A DNA stretch of 64,000 nucleotides from Bacteroidales bacterium (GCA_049315385.1 JBMOKG010000005.1:46649-110648); one strand, 5' to 3'; counted from the first letter of the stretch, positions 50,012-61,863 are shown. Numbers and translations: made by a program. The notes: generated by a model not told the origin, from the letters alone.

Positions 50012-51967
50012 TTGAAATTTAATAAATTATTTTTTTTAGCTATAATTAGCATCTTTTTTTTAATGAATATATTTTCGTTAAGTGCTCAAAATAATGCTAT
50101 TAATATTAAATATGATACCATTAGATTAAGTAAAGGAAGCATTATAGAGTTTAGAAAAAAATCTATAACCGCCTTTTCTGATACAGTAATATTGGTTTTA
50201 AAAAAAACAAGATACAAACTAACAAGTATTTCAGAAAGAAAAACTAATCTTTTTTATGATTCATTAAAAATAAAATCTTCCAGAAATCCCATAACTAAAG
50301 AGCTATATGATTTATTGATAATTAGGGATGAAGCTACTAATTCTCCAGAAAAGGCAATAACTACAGAAAGTGAAGTTGAATATAAACACTTTAACGGTAG
50401 AAAAATAAGAAATATTACAATTAAGAGATTAGAGGCTTTTGGAACTTCTGTAACAGATACTTCTCAAGAAACAGATGCTTGGTTGGGCAAAGCTGCTAAT
50501 GATATTCATATTCTTACTTTTGAAAAAGTAATTAAAGGGAATTTGTTTGTTAAAAAAGGTGAAAAGCTTAATTCTTATTTAATAGCTGAAAACGAACGTA
50601 TTCTTAGAGCTTTACCTTATATTTATGAAGCTAAGATTTATGTTTTTAAAACAAATAAGGATTCAGTTGATTTGCTTATAGTGACCAGAGATATGTTCTC
50701 AATAGGAATTAAACCTGATATAGGTAGCAGATCCGGAAGTATGGAATTATATGATTTGAATTTTGTAGGATTTGGAAATGAATTGAATAATAAATTATTT
50801 TATGATAAGGATTCTTCTCAGCATATTGGTTATTGGGGCGAATATAAATTAAATAATATAAGACAAACATTTATAAATGGAGGTTTATTTTATCATTTGA
50901 TGTATGAGAATGAGAAATTTGGTAGTTATTTAGAACGAAATTTCGTTACTACAAAAACGAAATTTGCTGGCGGACTTGCGTTGACATTTAGTAATGAAAA
51001 ATTAAAATATAATACTACAGATATTAATTTATTCAATCATGAATTAAGTTATAGTAATACTGATATATGGCTGGGTAGGTCTTTTTCTATCCGTAAAGAA
51101 GAAAAAAGAATAAATTCATTAAGATTGATATTTTCAGCCCGATATTATCGGACTCATTATATTATCAGACCTAAAGTCTCAGCAACTACCAATAATATTT
51201 ATCACCAATCTGATTTATTTCTTGCAAAAATAGCTTTATCAAAAAGGAATTATTATAAAGGAAGCTTAATTTATGCTTTTGGTAATATCGAAGATATACC
51301 TTATGGATATTTAATAGAATATACATCAGGACCAGAAAACAGAGAATTTAGCAATCGGTTTTACTATGGGTGGCAGTTTTCAACTGGAACTGTTTTTAAA
51401 AAATTTGGATATTTATATACACAAATTGGGTTTGGTGGATATAAAAACGGAAAGAAGTTAGAACAAAGTACACTAAAACTGTCTGTTAATTCATTTAGTA
51501 ATCTATACTTTTTTAATAGATATAAATTTCGTAATTTTTTTAACCTAAATTATGTTCTTGGAATTAATCGCTTTTCTGGTGAACAAATTTTTTTAGATGA
51601 ATCTGAAAAAAAAATGCAGAGTCCTTTTATGCAGGGTAAGCAAAAATTGGCATTAAAACTTGAAACAGTTGCGTTTACCACTGTGAATTTTTATGGCTTT
51701 AAAGTTGCTTTATATGGTTTCTGGGATGTTGGTGTTATAGGGTCCAGCGAACATTTTGTTTTAACAGAAAAATATTTCTTAGGAATAGGTTCTGGGTTAA
51801 GAATAAGAAATGACAATCTCGTTTTTCAGACTTTTCAGTTTAATATTGCATATTATCCAATGTTACCAAATGGTAATTCTGGTTTTGTTTTTAGTATTTC
51901 CGGTCAGGATATTTTAAAGTTTTTCGATTTTATAAGTGGTGCTCCTAGTGAAGTGGCTTTTCGATAA
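50012..51967 (+). CDS. Outer-membrane protein, Omp85/BamA-TamA-like (POTRA-like + beta-barrel)
   Basis: Signal peptide; ENERILRALPYI POTRA-like segment; C-terminal amphipathic strands (GIGSGLRIRNDNLVF). Confidence 0.6.
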   Translation: MKFNKLFFLAIISIFFLMNIFSLSAQNNAINIKYDTIRLSKGSIIEFRKKSITAFSDTVILVLKKTRYKLTSISERKTNLFYDSLKIKSSRNPITKELYDLLIIRDEATNSPEKAITTESEVEYKHFNGRKIRNITIKRLEAFGTSVTDTSQETDAWLGKAANDIHILTFEKVIKGNLFVKKGEKLNSYLIAENERILRALPYIYEAKIYVFKTNKDSVDLLIVTRDMFSIGIKPDIGSRSGSMELYDLNFVGFGNELNNKLFYDKDSSQHIGYWGEYKLNNIRQTFINGGLFYHLMYENEKFGSYLERNFVTTKTKFAGGLALTFSNEKLKYNTTDINLFNHELSYSNTDIWLGRSFSIRKEEKRINSLRLIFSARYYRTHYIIRPKVSATTNNIYHQSDLFLAKIALSKRNYYKGSLIYAFGNIEDIPYGYLIEYTSGPENREFSNRFYYGWQFSTGTVFKKFGYLYTQIGFGGYKNGKKLEQSTLKLSVNSFSNLYFFNRYKFRNFFNLNYVLGINRFSGEQIFLDESEKKMQSPFMQGKQKLALKLETVAFTTVNFYGFKVALYGFWDVGVIGSSEHFVLTEKYFLGIGSGLRIRNDNLVFQTFQFNIAYYPMLPNGNSGFVFSISGQDILKFFDFISGAPSEVAFR

Positions 51968-52053
51968 ATTCAAATGATTCATATTATTTAAAGAAACGAA
52001 CTATTAGTTTTTGGAATTTCTGTTAAATATAATGGTTGATTCAATTTATTAAA

Positions 52054-52872
52054 TTAAATTTTAGAAATCCAGTAAAAGCTGTTTTTTGGTAAAGAAAGGT
52101 TAGGGGGAGGTGATTTAAATATTCCAAAAACAGAAGCTCCACTACCACTCATTGATGAATAAATTGCTCCACTTTTATAAAGCAAATTTTTTATTGAAGC
52201 TATTTCCGGGTATTTATTAAAAATACTTACTTCAAAATCGTTAATTAAAATTTCTTTCCAGTTTTCAATAGGTTGTTTTATTATTTTTTTTATATCAATT
52301 TCAGTATTGCGTGGCTTTACCCATTGATAAGCATCTTTTGTATTAACTGAAGAATTCGGTTTAATCAAAACTATAAAATAATTATCTAATGAAAATTCAA
52401 TATTTTCAAAAATTTCTCCTTTTCCTTTAGCTATTACTACTTTGTTTTCTATGAAAAAAGCACAATCGCTACCAAGTTTAGCTGCATAAAACTCCATTTG
52501 TTTATTTGACAAAGAAAGTTTGAATTTATTATTTAATATTTTTATTGTAAATGCTGCATCAGATGAACCGCCTCCTAATCCTGCTCCATGAGGTATTGCT
52601 TTAAATAATTGAATTTTAACAGGGGGTAAATTAAAATCACTTTTAAGCAATTTATAAGCTTTTACACAAAGATTGGTTTGTTTATCATCATTAATTGGAA
52701 TACCGCTTAAGGTTATTGAAAAACTGTTGTTGTCAGATTCAATTACCTCCAATACATCTCTTAAAGGAAGTGGGAAAAAAACAGTTTTTATGTTATGGAA
52801 TCCGTCAGTACGCTTATTTTCAATAAATAAACCTAAATTTATTTTGCAATTTGGAAATGAAATCATAGTCAA
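52054..52872 (-). CDS. ispE: 4-diphosphocytidyl-2-C-methyl-D-erythritol kinase
   Basis: CKINLGL, IPHGAGLGGGSSDAA, LGSDCAFF, NDFE, MSGSGASVF. Confidence 0.96.
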   Translation of the reverse strand: MTMISFPNCKINLGLFIENKRTDGFHNIKTVFFPLPLRDVLEVIESDNNSFSITLSGIPINDDKQTNLCVKAYKLLKSDFNLPPVKIQLFKAIPHGAGLGGGSSDAAFTIKILNNKFKLSLSNKQMEFYAAKLGSDCAFFIENKVVIAKGKGEIFENIEFSLDNYFIVLIKPNSSVNTKDAYQWVKPRNTEIDIKKIIKQPIENWKEILINDFEVSIFNKYPEIASIKNLLYKSGAIYSSMSGSGASVFGIFKSPPPNLSLPKNSFYWISKI

Positions 52873-52974
52873 TAAATAAACTGTAAAAATAAGAATTTTT
52901 ATCGATGTTTAATATTGCCAAATATATTTCATAAATAATAATAAAAGATTAATAAATTGAAGGAGATTATTAAA

Positions 52975-53012
52975 TAAAAAAGAGGTAAAATCATAAAAAT
53001 TTTACCTCTTTT
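52975..53012 (-). terminator. Intrinsic terminator after gdhA
   Basis: AAAAGAGGTAAAAT...ATTTTACCTCTTTT inverted repeat with A-tract. Confidence 0.75.
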
Positions 53013-53053
53013 GCGTAATCAATTTAAAATATTGATATTTAAAACACTTAGAT

Positions 53054-54412
<1,359 letters not shown>

Positions 54413-54429
54413 TTAAGTGAATAAAAATG

Positions 54430-54447
54430 GTGTTAATTGGATAACAA
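54430..54447. promoter_or_regulatory. Rex-like palindrome upstream of gdhA
   Basis: GTGTTAA-TTGG-ATAACAA. Confidence 0.45.
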
Positions 54448-54514
54448 TATTATAAAAAAATTACATTCAAGTTATAAAAAAAAATAAAAATATCTGAAAA
54501 TTACGTGATTACCT

Positions 54515-54571
54515 TAAATTTGCTTAAGCATTATACTTAAGAGAAAATATCTATTTAAGTAAAATACTTAA
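54515..54571 (+). promoter_or_regulatory. -7 promoter box followed by two 17-bp palindromic operators
   Basis: TAAATTTG (54515-54522); TTAAGCA-TTA-TACTTAA (54524-54540); TTAAGTA-AAA-TACTTAA (54555-54571). Confidence 0.55.
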
Positions 54572-54639
54572 TTGTAAAAAAAAACTTAAAAAAAAGTAGT
54601 GATGAATAGAGTTTTGGTTTAATTTTAAAAAAAAAAATT

Positions 54640-57600
54640 ATGGCTTTAATAGAATTTAATCTTGATGGCATTATCGAAAAGGTAAATGCAGATTTTTGTA
54701 AACTTTTAGGTTATAAGTTTGATGAATTAAAAGGGAATCATTTTAGTCTTTTACTTGAAAATTCTGTCTATAAATCAGACAAATTTAGAACAATGTGGAA
54801 GATTTTGTGCGAAGGTGATAATTATAAATTTGATATTCAGTTTATTAAAAAAGACAGAACTGATTTAAAAATTAAAGGTATTTTTACACCAATATTTGAA
54901 AAAACAGGCATTGCTTATTACAAACTTAACAAAATTGGATTTGATTTTAACTTTAGTAATGATGAAAACAATTTAATGAATAAATTTACAGAAATTCATT
55001 CATCTAATATTACAACCACAAATATTACAAGCAATGAATCTGATGAGAACTTTAAAAAATTAATTTTTGAAAATAAAGAACGATTAAAAGAATTAGCTGC
55101 GATAAATCAAACAACAAAGATACTTAAAGAGGGAAAACCCATTGAAGAAACCTTACAACAAATATGTATGTTATTGCCAAAAGCCTGGCAGTATCCTGAT
55201 TATACTGTTGCACGTATTATATTTAACCGAAAGGAATTCAAGTCAATAGATTTTGTTGAAACCCCTTGGCTGCAAAAACAAAATTTTGAAACAATTGATA
55301 ATTTGAAAGGCTCATTAGAAGTCTATTACTTGAAAAGCTTTCCTGAATTTGATGAAGGTCCTTTTCTAAAAGAAGAACGACATTTAATTGATAATTTGTC
55401 AACAATAATTGTAAATTATTTGAATAGTTTAAAAGCAAAATCAATTTTAAAAAGTGCTGAAAATGAAAATGTTGATGTTTTTGAAGAAGCTCAGAAATTG
55501 CCTAGCAGACAATTGTTACATCGTTTTTTAAATAAACAGAATTATGACAGAGATGTTTTTCATGATCTGATGCCTTTTAAAGTAAATGAAATATTATTAA
55601 TTGCAAATTTATATGATGCTTATAATATTGAAAAAGAAGGAAGATTTTCAGAACATATTCTTGGCGAATATTATCAATTAAACCTTACTTCAATACCAAG
55701 AGTTACCGGTGTTTCTACTTATGAAGAAGCTTTATTTCAATTAAATGAAAAACATTATGATTTTGTAATTATAATGTTAGGTGTTGACAAACATGTGCCT
55801 ATAGAAATAAGTAGAAGTATAAAACAAAATTTTCCTTATATCCCGATATTTATGTTGTTAAATAACAATAGTGATATTGCATTTTATGAAAGAGATATTG
55901 ATATTGTTAAATTGGTTGATAAAATATTTGTATGGAATGGTGACTCAAGAGTTTTCTTTGCAATGGTAAAATATCTTGAAGATATGGTAAATGTAGAAAA
56001 TGATACTAAAATTGGTTTAGTAAATGTAATCCTTTTAGTTGAAGATTCAGCAAAATATTATTCAAGATATCTTCCAATGCTTTATTCCAGTGTATTGGAA
56101 CAAACAAAACAATTAATTGAGGATGTTAGTAATGATGAATTATATAAAGTTTTACGATTAAGAGCCCGTCCTAAAATTTTATTAGTTAAATCTTATGAAG
56201 AAGCTATTGATATTTTTCATAAATACCGTGATTATTTATTGTGCCTGATTACTGATATGAAATTCTTCAGGAAAAATGTTCTTGATGAGAATGCCGGATA
56301 TGATTTAGTAAAATATATTAGAAGTAATGCAAAAGATTTACCAACGATTATTCAATCATCAGATCCTAGAAATGCAGAACTTGCATATCAACTGAAAGTT
56401 ACATTTATTGATAAAAATTCAGATACTTTATCACAGGATATTAAAAGTTTTATCAGTCATTATTTAGGATTCGGTAATTTTATTTATAAAGATGGAGAAG
56501 GTAGGGATATTGCAATTGCAAGTTCACTTAAAGAATTTGAAAAACATTTAAAAACCATACCAGATGAATCTTTAATCTATCACGGAAAGCGAAATCACTT
56601 TTCTTTATGGTTAATGGCCAGAGGTGAGATTTCAATTGCAAAAAAAATAAATCCATTAAAAACAAGTGATTTTAAAAATGCTCAGGAATTAAGAAGTTTT
56701 ATGCTGAATGCTATTCAAAATCATAGAAATGAGAAAAATAAAGGGAAGGTAATCAGTTTTGAAGAGACAGATGTGATTGATGAAAGCAATATTGTTTCTT
56801 TAGCTTCAGGTTCTTTGGGTGGAAAGGGTAGAGGACTGGCATTTATTAATACCTTGATCTATAATTATGATTTTTCACAAATGATACCTGATATAAATAT
56901 TAGAACTCCAATTACAGCAATAATTGGAACCGATGAGTTTGATTATTTTATCGAAAGAAATAAATTATATGAATTTGTAAATACCGAAAGGGATTATACA
57001 ATTATTCGAAAAGTATTTCTTGAATCGAAATTAACAGATGGATTAATAAGAAAACTAAGATTAATTTTAAAAAAACTTAATAAACCATTGGCAATCCGCT
57101 CATCAGGATTGTTTGAAGATTCATTAATGCAACCATTTGCCGGGATTTTCGAGACATATTTGATTCCTAATAATCACATTGAATTAGAAGTGAGATTATT
57201 TCAAGTTATGGAAGCAATTAAATTGGTATATGCATCTGTATTTTCTAAAATAGCTCGTGGTTATGTTGAAGCTATTAATTATAAAATTGAAGAAGAAAAA
57301 ATGGCAGTTGTTATACAGGAGGTTGTCGGTAATACATACGATGAAGTGTATTATCCAAATATTAGTGGAGTTGCGCAATCATACAATTTTTATCCTTTTT
57401 CGCATATGAAACCAGAAGAAGGATTTGCTGTAATGGCAGTTGGTTTAGGTACTTATGTTGTTGAAGGTGAAAAAGCATATCGTTTTTCACCAAAATATGC
57501 TGGAGTTGAAATAAATACACCTAAAGATCAATATAAAAGTTCTCAAGTTAATTTTTATGCAGTCGATTTACATGAAAAACCACTAAATTTATTGAAAGGT

Positions 57601-58467
57601 GAAGATGCTGGTTTGATAAAACTTGAAATTGATGAAGCGGAAAAGCATGGAACATTAAGGCATTGCGCTTCAGTATATGATATAGATAATAATAGAATAG
57701 TTCCTGGGTTAAGTTATCCCGGACCAAGAATTATTAATTTTGCAAATATATTAAAATACAACTATCTTCCACTTTCAGAAACTATTGAATTAGTGTTAGA
57801 TGTAGTAAAAGAAGCACTAGGTTCACCAGTTGAAATAGAATTTGCAATCGATTTGAATAAAGATGATAAAAACAGAGGTTCGTTTTATCTTTTACAAATT
57901 AAACCTTTAATTGGAAATGCAGAAGATTATTCAATTGATGAAAACAAAATTAACAAAAACGATGTAATTTTGTTTTCTGATAAAGGGATGGGTAATGGCT
58001 TGCTTAACGATATTACAGATGTCATTTATATCGATATTGAAGTTTTTGACAAATCAAAAACTGAAGAAATGGCTGATGAAATCGAAAAAATGAATGATGA
58101 AATGATAAAAGAAAACAGGAAATACATATTAATTGGACCTGGACGATGGGGAACTCGTGATAAATGGATTGGAATTCCTGTAAACTGGACTCAAATATCT
58201 AATGCAAAAGTAATTGTTGAAACTAGTTTAGAAGACTTTCCTTTAGATGCTTCTTCTGGTTCTCATTTTTTTCATAATGTAACTTCACTCAATGTTGGCT
58301 ATTTTTCTGTACAACAAGAATTAAATGAAAGTTATATTAATTGGGAAAAATTAAAAAATGAAAAACTGATCAACCAAACAAAATATTTCAGACATATTCG
58401 TTTTAATGAACCTCTTGATGTGAAAATGGATGGAAAGAAAAGAATGGCAGTTATTACTACAAAATAA
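54640..58467 (+). CDS. PAS/GAF-like sensor + tandem receiver + PPDK_N ATP-grasp + putative phosphohistidine domain protein (dikinase-like; not a true PEP synthase)
   Basis: N-terminal PAS-like (IEFNLDG..VNADFCKLLGY..DELKG); LLVED..ITD..QSS..IDK receiver; GGKGRGL, AIRSSG..ED...FAG, EIEFA, LQIKP ATP-grasp motifs; C-terminal SSGSHFF. Confidence 0.8.
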   Translation: MALIEFNLDGIIEKVNADFCKLLGYKFDELKGNHFSLLLENSVYKSDKFRTMWKILCEGDNYKFDIQFIKKDRTDLKIKGIFTPIFEKTGIAYYKLNKIGFDFNFSNDENNLMNKFTEIHSSNITTTNITSNESDENFKKLIFENKERLKELAAINQTTKILKEGKPIEETLQQICMLLPKAWQYPDYTVARIIFNRKEFKSIDFVETPWLQKQNFETIDNLKGSLEVYYLKSFPEFDEGPFLKEERHLIDNLSTIIVNYLNSLKAKSILKSAENENVDVFEEAQKLPSRQLLHRFLNKQNYDRDVFHDLMPFKVNEILLIANLYDAYNIEKEGRFSEHILGEYYQLNLTSIPRVTGVSTYEEALFQLNEKHYDFVIIMLGVDKHVPIEISRSIKQNFPYIPIFMLLNNNSDIAFYERDIDIVKLVDKIFVWNGDSRVFFAMVKYLEDMVNVENDTKIGLVNVILLVEDSAKYYSRYLPMLYSSVLEQTKQLIEDVSNDELYKVLRLRARPKILLVKSYEEAIDIFHKYRDYLLCLITDMKFFRKNVLDENAGYDLVKYIRSNAKDLPTIIQSSDPRNAELAYQLKVTFIDKNSDTLSQDIKSFISHYLGFGNFIYKDGEGRDIAIASSLKEFEKHLKTIPDESLIYHGKRNHFSLWLMARGEISIAKKINPLKTSDFKNAQELRSFMLNAIQNHRNEKNKGKVISFEETDVIDESNIVSLASGSLGGKGRGLAFINTLIYNYDFSQMIPDINIRTPITAIIGTDEFDYFIERNKLYEFVNTERDYTIIRKVFLESKLTDGLIRKLRLILKKLNKPLAIRSSGLFEDSLMQPFAGIFETYLIPNNHIELEVRLFQVMEAIKLVYASVFSKIARGYVEAINYKIEEEKMAVVIQEVVGNTYDEVYYPNISGVAQSYNFYPFSHMKPEEGFAVMAVGLGTYVVEGEKAYRFSPKYAGVEINTPKDQYKSSQVNFYAVDLHEKPLNLLKGEDAGLIKLEIDEAEKHGTLRHCASVYDIDNNRIVPGLSYPGPRIINFANILKYNYLPLSETIELVLDVVKEALGSPVEIEFAIDLNKDDKNRGSFYLLQIKPLIGNAEDYSIDENKINKNDVILFSDKGMGNGLLNDITDVIYIDIEVFDKSKTEEMADEIEKMNDEMIKENRKYILIGPGRWGTRDKWIGIPVNWTQISNAKVIVETSLEDFPLDASSGSHFFHNVTSLNVGYFSVQQELNESYINWEKLKNEKLINQTKYFRHIRFNEPLDVKMDGKKRMAVITTK

Positions 58468-58535
58468 CTAAGCTAAATAATTATGATAGCCAAACCATTT
58501 TAAAGTTCGAATATTAAAATAAGTAATAATAAAAA

Positions 58536-61517
58536 ATGCAGAAAGACAGAAAAGTAAAGGATATTAAAAAGTTTTATTTTAACGAAACTCAATTTGATAA
58601 TTTAATGACCAAACGCATCAGCAGAGTTCTACTGATTTGTAGTAAATATGATGCTTTTGTATTAGAAGGTGATGGAAGGATAGAAGAGCAGATTTTTAAT
58701 GAATATGTTTCATTAAATTTAAGATATCCGCCACATTTTATTCAGGTTTCATCCGCAGAACAAGCTTTTAAATTATTAAGTGAAGATCAGATAGATTTGA
58801 TTATTACAATGTTAGATTTAGGTAATGTTGACGTTTTTGATTTCGCAAAACAAATAAAGTTAAAATATCCATCAAAACCTATTGTTGTTCTAACACCTTT
58901 CTCCCGAGAAGTTTCATTAAGATTAGATTCAGGAGATACCAGCTCTATTGACTATGTGTTTAGTTGGCTAGGAAATGCAGATATTATGTTAGCAATTATT
59001 AAGCTTATTGAAGATAATATGAATGTTGAACATGATACACGAGAAGTAGGAGTTCAAAGTTTATTATTAGTTGAAGATTCTGTTCGCTTGTATTCCAGTT
59101 ATTTGCCTAATTTGTATAAATTGATTTTTAAACAGTCATTGAAGTTTATGACTGAAGGTTTGAATGAACATCAGAAAATGCTTAGAATGCGAGGCCGTCC
59201 TAAAATACTTTTAGCAACAAATTATGAACAAGCTATTGCTTTTTATGAAAAATACAGGAATAATTTGCTTGGTGTGATATCTGATATAAGTTTTAAAACT
59301 TATGGTGTTATGAATAAAAACGCTGGCATTCGTTTTTGTGAATTAGTTCGTAATGCAGATAAAGATTTGCCTTTTTTGCTTCAATCGTCTGATTCTGAAA
59401 ATTATTCAAAAGCTAAAGAATTAAAAGTTGGGTTTCTGGATAAGAATTCCAGAACTTATTCATATGAATTAAAAGACTTTATATTAAACAACTTTTCATT
59501 TGGTGATTTTGTTTTTAAAGATCCAATTTCAAATAATGAAATTATAAGAGTCAGTGATTTGAAAAATTTACAGGATAAAATTTTTGATATTCCTGATGAA
59601 TCGTTTTATTATCATTTAAATAATAACCACTTTTCGAAATGGTTAAATGCAAGAGCAATTTTCCCAATTGCAGAAATGTTTAAAATATTAAAATTTGATG
59701 ATTTCAATGATTTAGATGAAATACGACGTTATATTTTTGATGCAATTGCTCGCTATAGAAGTAATAAAGGAAGAGGTATTATAGCTGATTTTTATCGGGA
59801 TAAGTTTGATGAATATCTCATTTTTACACGTATAGGAAGCGGTTCTATTGGTGGGAAAGCTCGTGGTTTAGCATTTATAGACAGTCTAGTTAAACGAAAT
59901 AGAATGGTTGATAAATACGATGATGTAATAGTAACAATTCCAAGAACTGTAGTTTTAGGCACTGATATTTTTGATGAATTTATGGAAGATAATGAATTGC
60001 AAAAAATTGCATTATCTGAAAGTAGTAATGATGAAATTCTGCAAAAATTTGTTAATGCTCGATTACCTTTTCGTATACATGAAGATTTATATGCATTTAT
60101 TTCTGTAGTAAAAAAACCTATTGCAATCCGTTCATCAAGTTTGTTGGAGGATTCTCATTATCAGCCATTTGCAGGTATATATTCAACTTATATGATTCCT
60201 AATTTGCAAGATGAAAGAATGATGATTGAAAAATTAAGTATTGCCATTAAAAGTGTTTATGCATCAGTTTATTTTAAAGATAGCAAAGCTTATATGACTG
60301 CTACAAAAAATGTTATTGATGAAGAAAAAATGGGAATTGTTTTACAGGAAGTCTGTGGACAACCTTATGAAAATAGATTTTATCCTGCAATTTCAGGCGT
60401 TGCACGTTCTATTAATTTTTATCCAATTTCACCTGAAAAACCAGAAGATGGCATTGTTAACATTGCACTAGGATTAGGTAAATATATTGTTGATGGAGGT
60501 AATACATTAAGATTTTCACCTCATTATCCGAAAAAGATTTTGCAACTTTCTTCTGTTGAGATGGCATTACGCGAAACACAAAAGTATTTTTATGCATTGG
60601 ATATGAATAAAGAAAGTTTTAAACCTTGTGTTGATGATGGAGTTAATATTATGAAATTGCCGGTAAAAGAGGCTGAAAAAGATAATTCTATTAAAATGAT
60701 TGCTTCAACACTTGATTTTAATAGTAATATGTTAAGAGATGGAATACAACATGATGGTAAAAAAATAATAACTTTTTCAAATATATTAAACCATAATTCA
60801 TTTCCATTGGCAGAAATATTAAAGGATGTTCTTGAAATTGCACAAAGAGAGATGAATAAACCTGTAGAAATTGAATTTGCTGTAGATTTAAATGTTCCAG
60901 AGAATCAACCTAAAATATTTAATTTATTACAAATACGCCCAATAGTAGATAATGATCAAACATTTAAAGAAGATCTTAATGAGATTGAAATAGAAAAAGC
61001 ATTGATAATATGTGATTCTGCATTGGGAAATGGCATTATTGATAATGTTTATGACATAGTATATATAAAACCTGATTCTTTCGACCCTGCAAAAAGTGAA
61101 GCAATGGTAAATGATATTGCTAAGTTGAATGATCTTTTTTTAAAAGAGGAAAAACAATATATTTTAGTTGGACCAGGTAGGTGGGGATCAAGTGATCCTT
61201 GGTTGGGAATTCCCGTGAAATGGCCCCAAATATCTGCAGCAAGACTTATTGTTGAATCTGGTCTTGAAAATTATCGTATAGATCCAAGTCAGGGAACACA
61301 CTTTTTTCAAAACTTAACTTCGTTTAGAGTTGGTTATTTTACGATTAATCCATTTATTAAAGATGGCTTTTATGATATTGAATTTTTGTCTCTTCAGAAT
61401 TCACATTATGAAGATGAATTTATTCGTCATTTGCGTTTCCAAAATCCACTAGTAATTAAAATAGATGGAAAGAAAAATAAAGGAATAGTTTTGAAACCTA
61501 TTTTTGAAGATATTTAG
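58536..61517 (+). CDS. Tandem receiver + PPDK_N ATP-grasp + putative phosphohistidine domain protein (paralog of the upstream gene)
   Basis: LLVED..ISD..QSS..LDK receiver; GGKARGL, AIRSSS..ED...FAG, EIEFA, LQIRP; C-terminal SQGTHFF; no TIM-barrel pyruvate domain. Confidence 0.82.
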   Translation: MQKDRKVKDIKKFYFNETQFDNLMTKRISRVLLICSKYDAFVLEGDGRIEEQIFNEYVSLNLRYPPHFIQVSSAEQAFKLLSEDQIDLIITMLDLGNVDVFDFAKQIKLKYPSKPIVVLTPFSREVSLRLDSGDTSSIDYVFSWLGNADIMLAIIKLIEDNMNVEHDTREVGVQSLLLVEDSVRLYSSYLPNLYKLIFKQSLKFMTEGLNEHQKMLRMRGRPKILLATNYEQAIAFYEKYRNNLLGVISDISFKTYGVMNKNAGIRFCELVRNADKDLPFLLQSSDSENYSKAKELKVGFLDKNSRTYSYELKDFILNNFSFGDFVFKDPISNNEIIRVSDLKNLQDKIFDIPDESFYYHLNNNHFSKWLNARAIFPIAEMFKILKFDDFNDLDEIRRYIFDAIARYRSNKGRGIIADFYRDKFDEYLIFTRIGSGSIGGKARGLAFIDSLVKRNRMVDKYDDVIVTIPRTVVLGTDIFDEFMEDNELQKIALSESSNDEILQKFVNARLPFRIHEDLYAFISVVKKPIAIRSSSLLEDSHYQPFAGIYSTYMIPNLQDERMMIEKLSIAIKSVYASVYFKDSKAYMTATKNVIDEEKMGIVLQEVCGQPYENRFYPAISGVARSINFYPISPEKPEDGIVNIALGLGKYIVDGGNTLRFSPHYPKKILQLSSVEMALRETQKYFYALDMNKESFKPCVDDGVNIMKLPVKEAEKDNSIKMIASTLDFNSNMLRDGIQHDGKKIITFSNILNHNSFPLAEILKDVLEIAQREMNKPVEIEFAVDLNVPENQPKIFNLLQIRPIVDNDQTFKEDLNEIEIEKALIICDSALGNGIIDNVYDIVYIKPDSFDPAKSEAMVNDIAKLNDLFLKEEKQYILVGPGRWGSSDPWLGIPVKWPQISAARLIVESGLENYRIDPSQGTHFFQNLTSFRVGYFTINPFIKDGFYDIEFLSLQNSHYEDEFIRHLRFQNPLVIKIDGKKNKGIVLKPIFEDI

Positions 61518-61533
61518 TTTTATCTTAATAATA

Positions 61534-61548
61534 TAAGTGTTTCACTTA
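61534..61548. promoter_or_regulatory. TAAGTG-TTT-CACTTA palindrome (operator copy or weak terminator)
   Basis: Same motif as 54525, 54556 and 61758. Confidence 0.4.
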
Positions 61549-61757
61549 GTCTTTTTAATTAATAATTTTATTTATCCCAATTTTCGTAAGAAGCACGATA
61601 GAATTGAATTCTATCTCCAAAAGTTTAATTTTCTGTTTGATTCATGCTAATTTTGAAAATAGATTTTCTAATTTATTTTGTAAAACTCAAAATTAATGAT
61701 TTTTCACTAAACACATTATCAGTAATGTAAGAATTTTAATTTTAATTTTTCTTTCAA

Positions 61758-61772
61758 TAAGTATTTCACTTA
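61758..61772. promoter_or_regulatory. TAAGTA-TTT-CACTTA palindrome upstream of the gdhB promoter
   Basis: Same motif as at 54525/54556; ends about 64 nt upstream of the -7 box. Confidence 0.45.
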
Positions 61773-61835
61773 ATTTTTTTTACTTATTTTTGAAAAATAA
61801 TTGATTAATTTTTTTTTTAGTCGATTAAATAAATG

Positions 61836-61863
61836 TAATTTTGCATTGTTATTTAATTAACAT
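61836..61863 (+). promoter_or_regulatory. -7 promoter box of gdhB with adjacent Rex-like operator
   Basis: TAATTTTG (61836-61843) then TTGTTAT-TTAA-TTAACAT (61846-61863), 17/18 identical to the site at 13471. Confidence 0.62.

Noticed and set aside
54640-61517. Annotation as PEP synthase / pyruvate phosphate dikinase (ppsA/ppdK)
   Set aside because: No C-terminal PEP/pyruvate-binding TIM barrel; only the ATP-grasp part matches, with receiver domains fused
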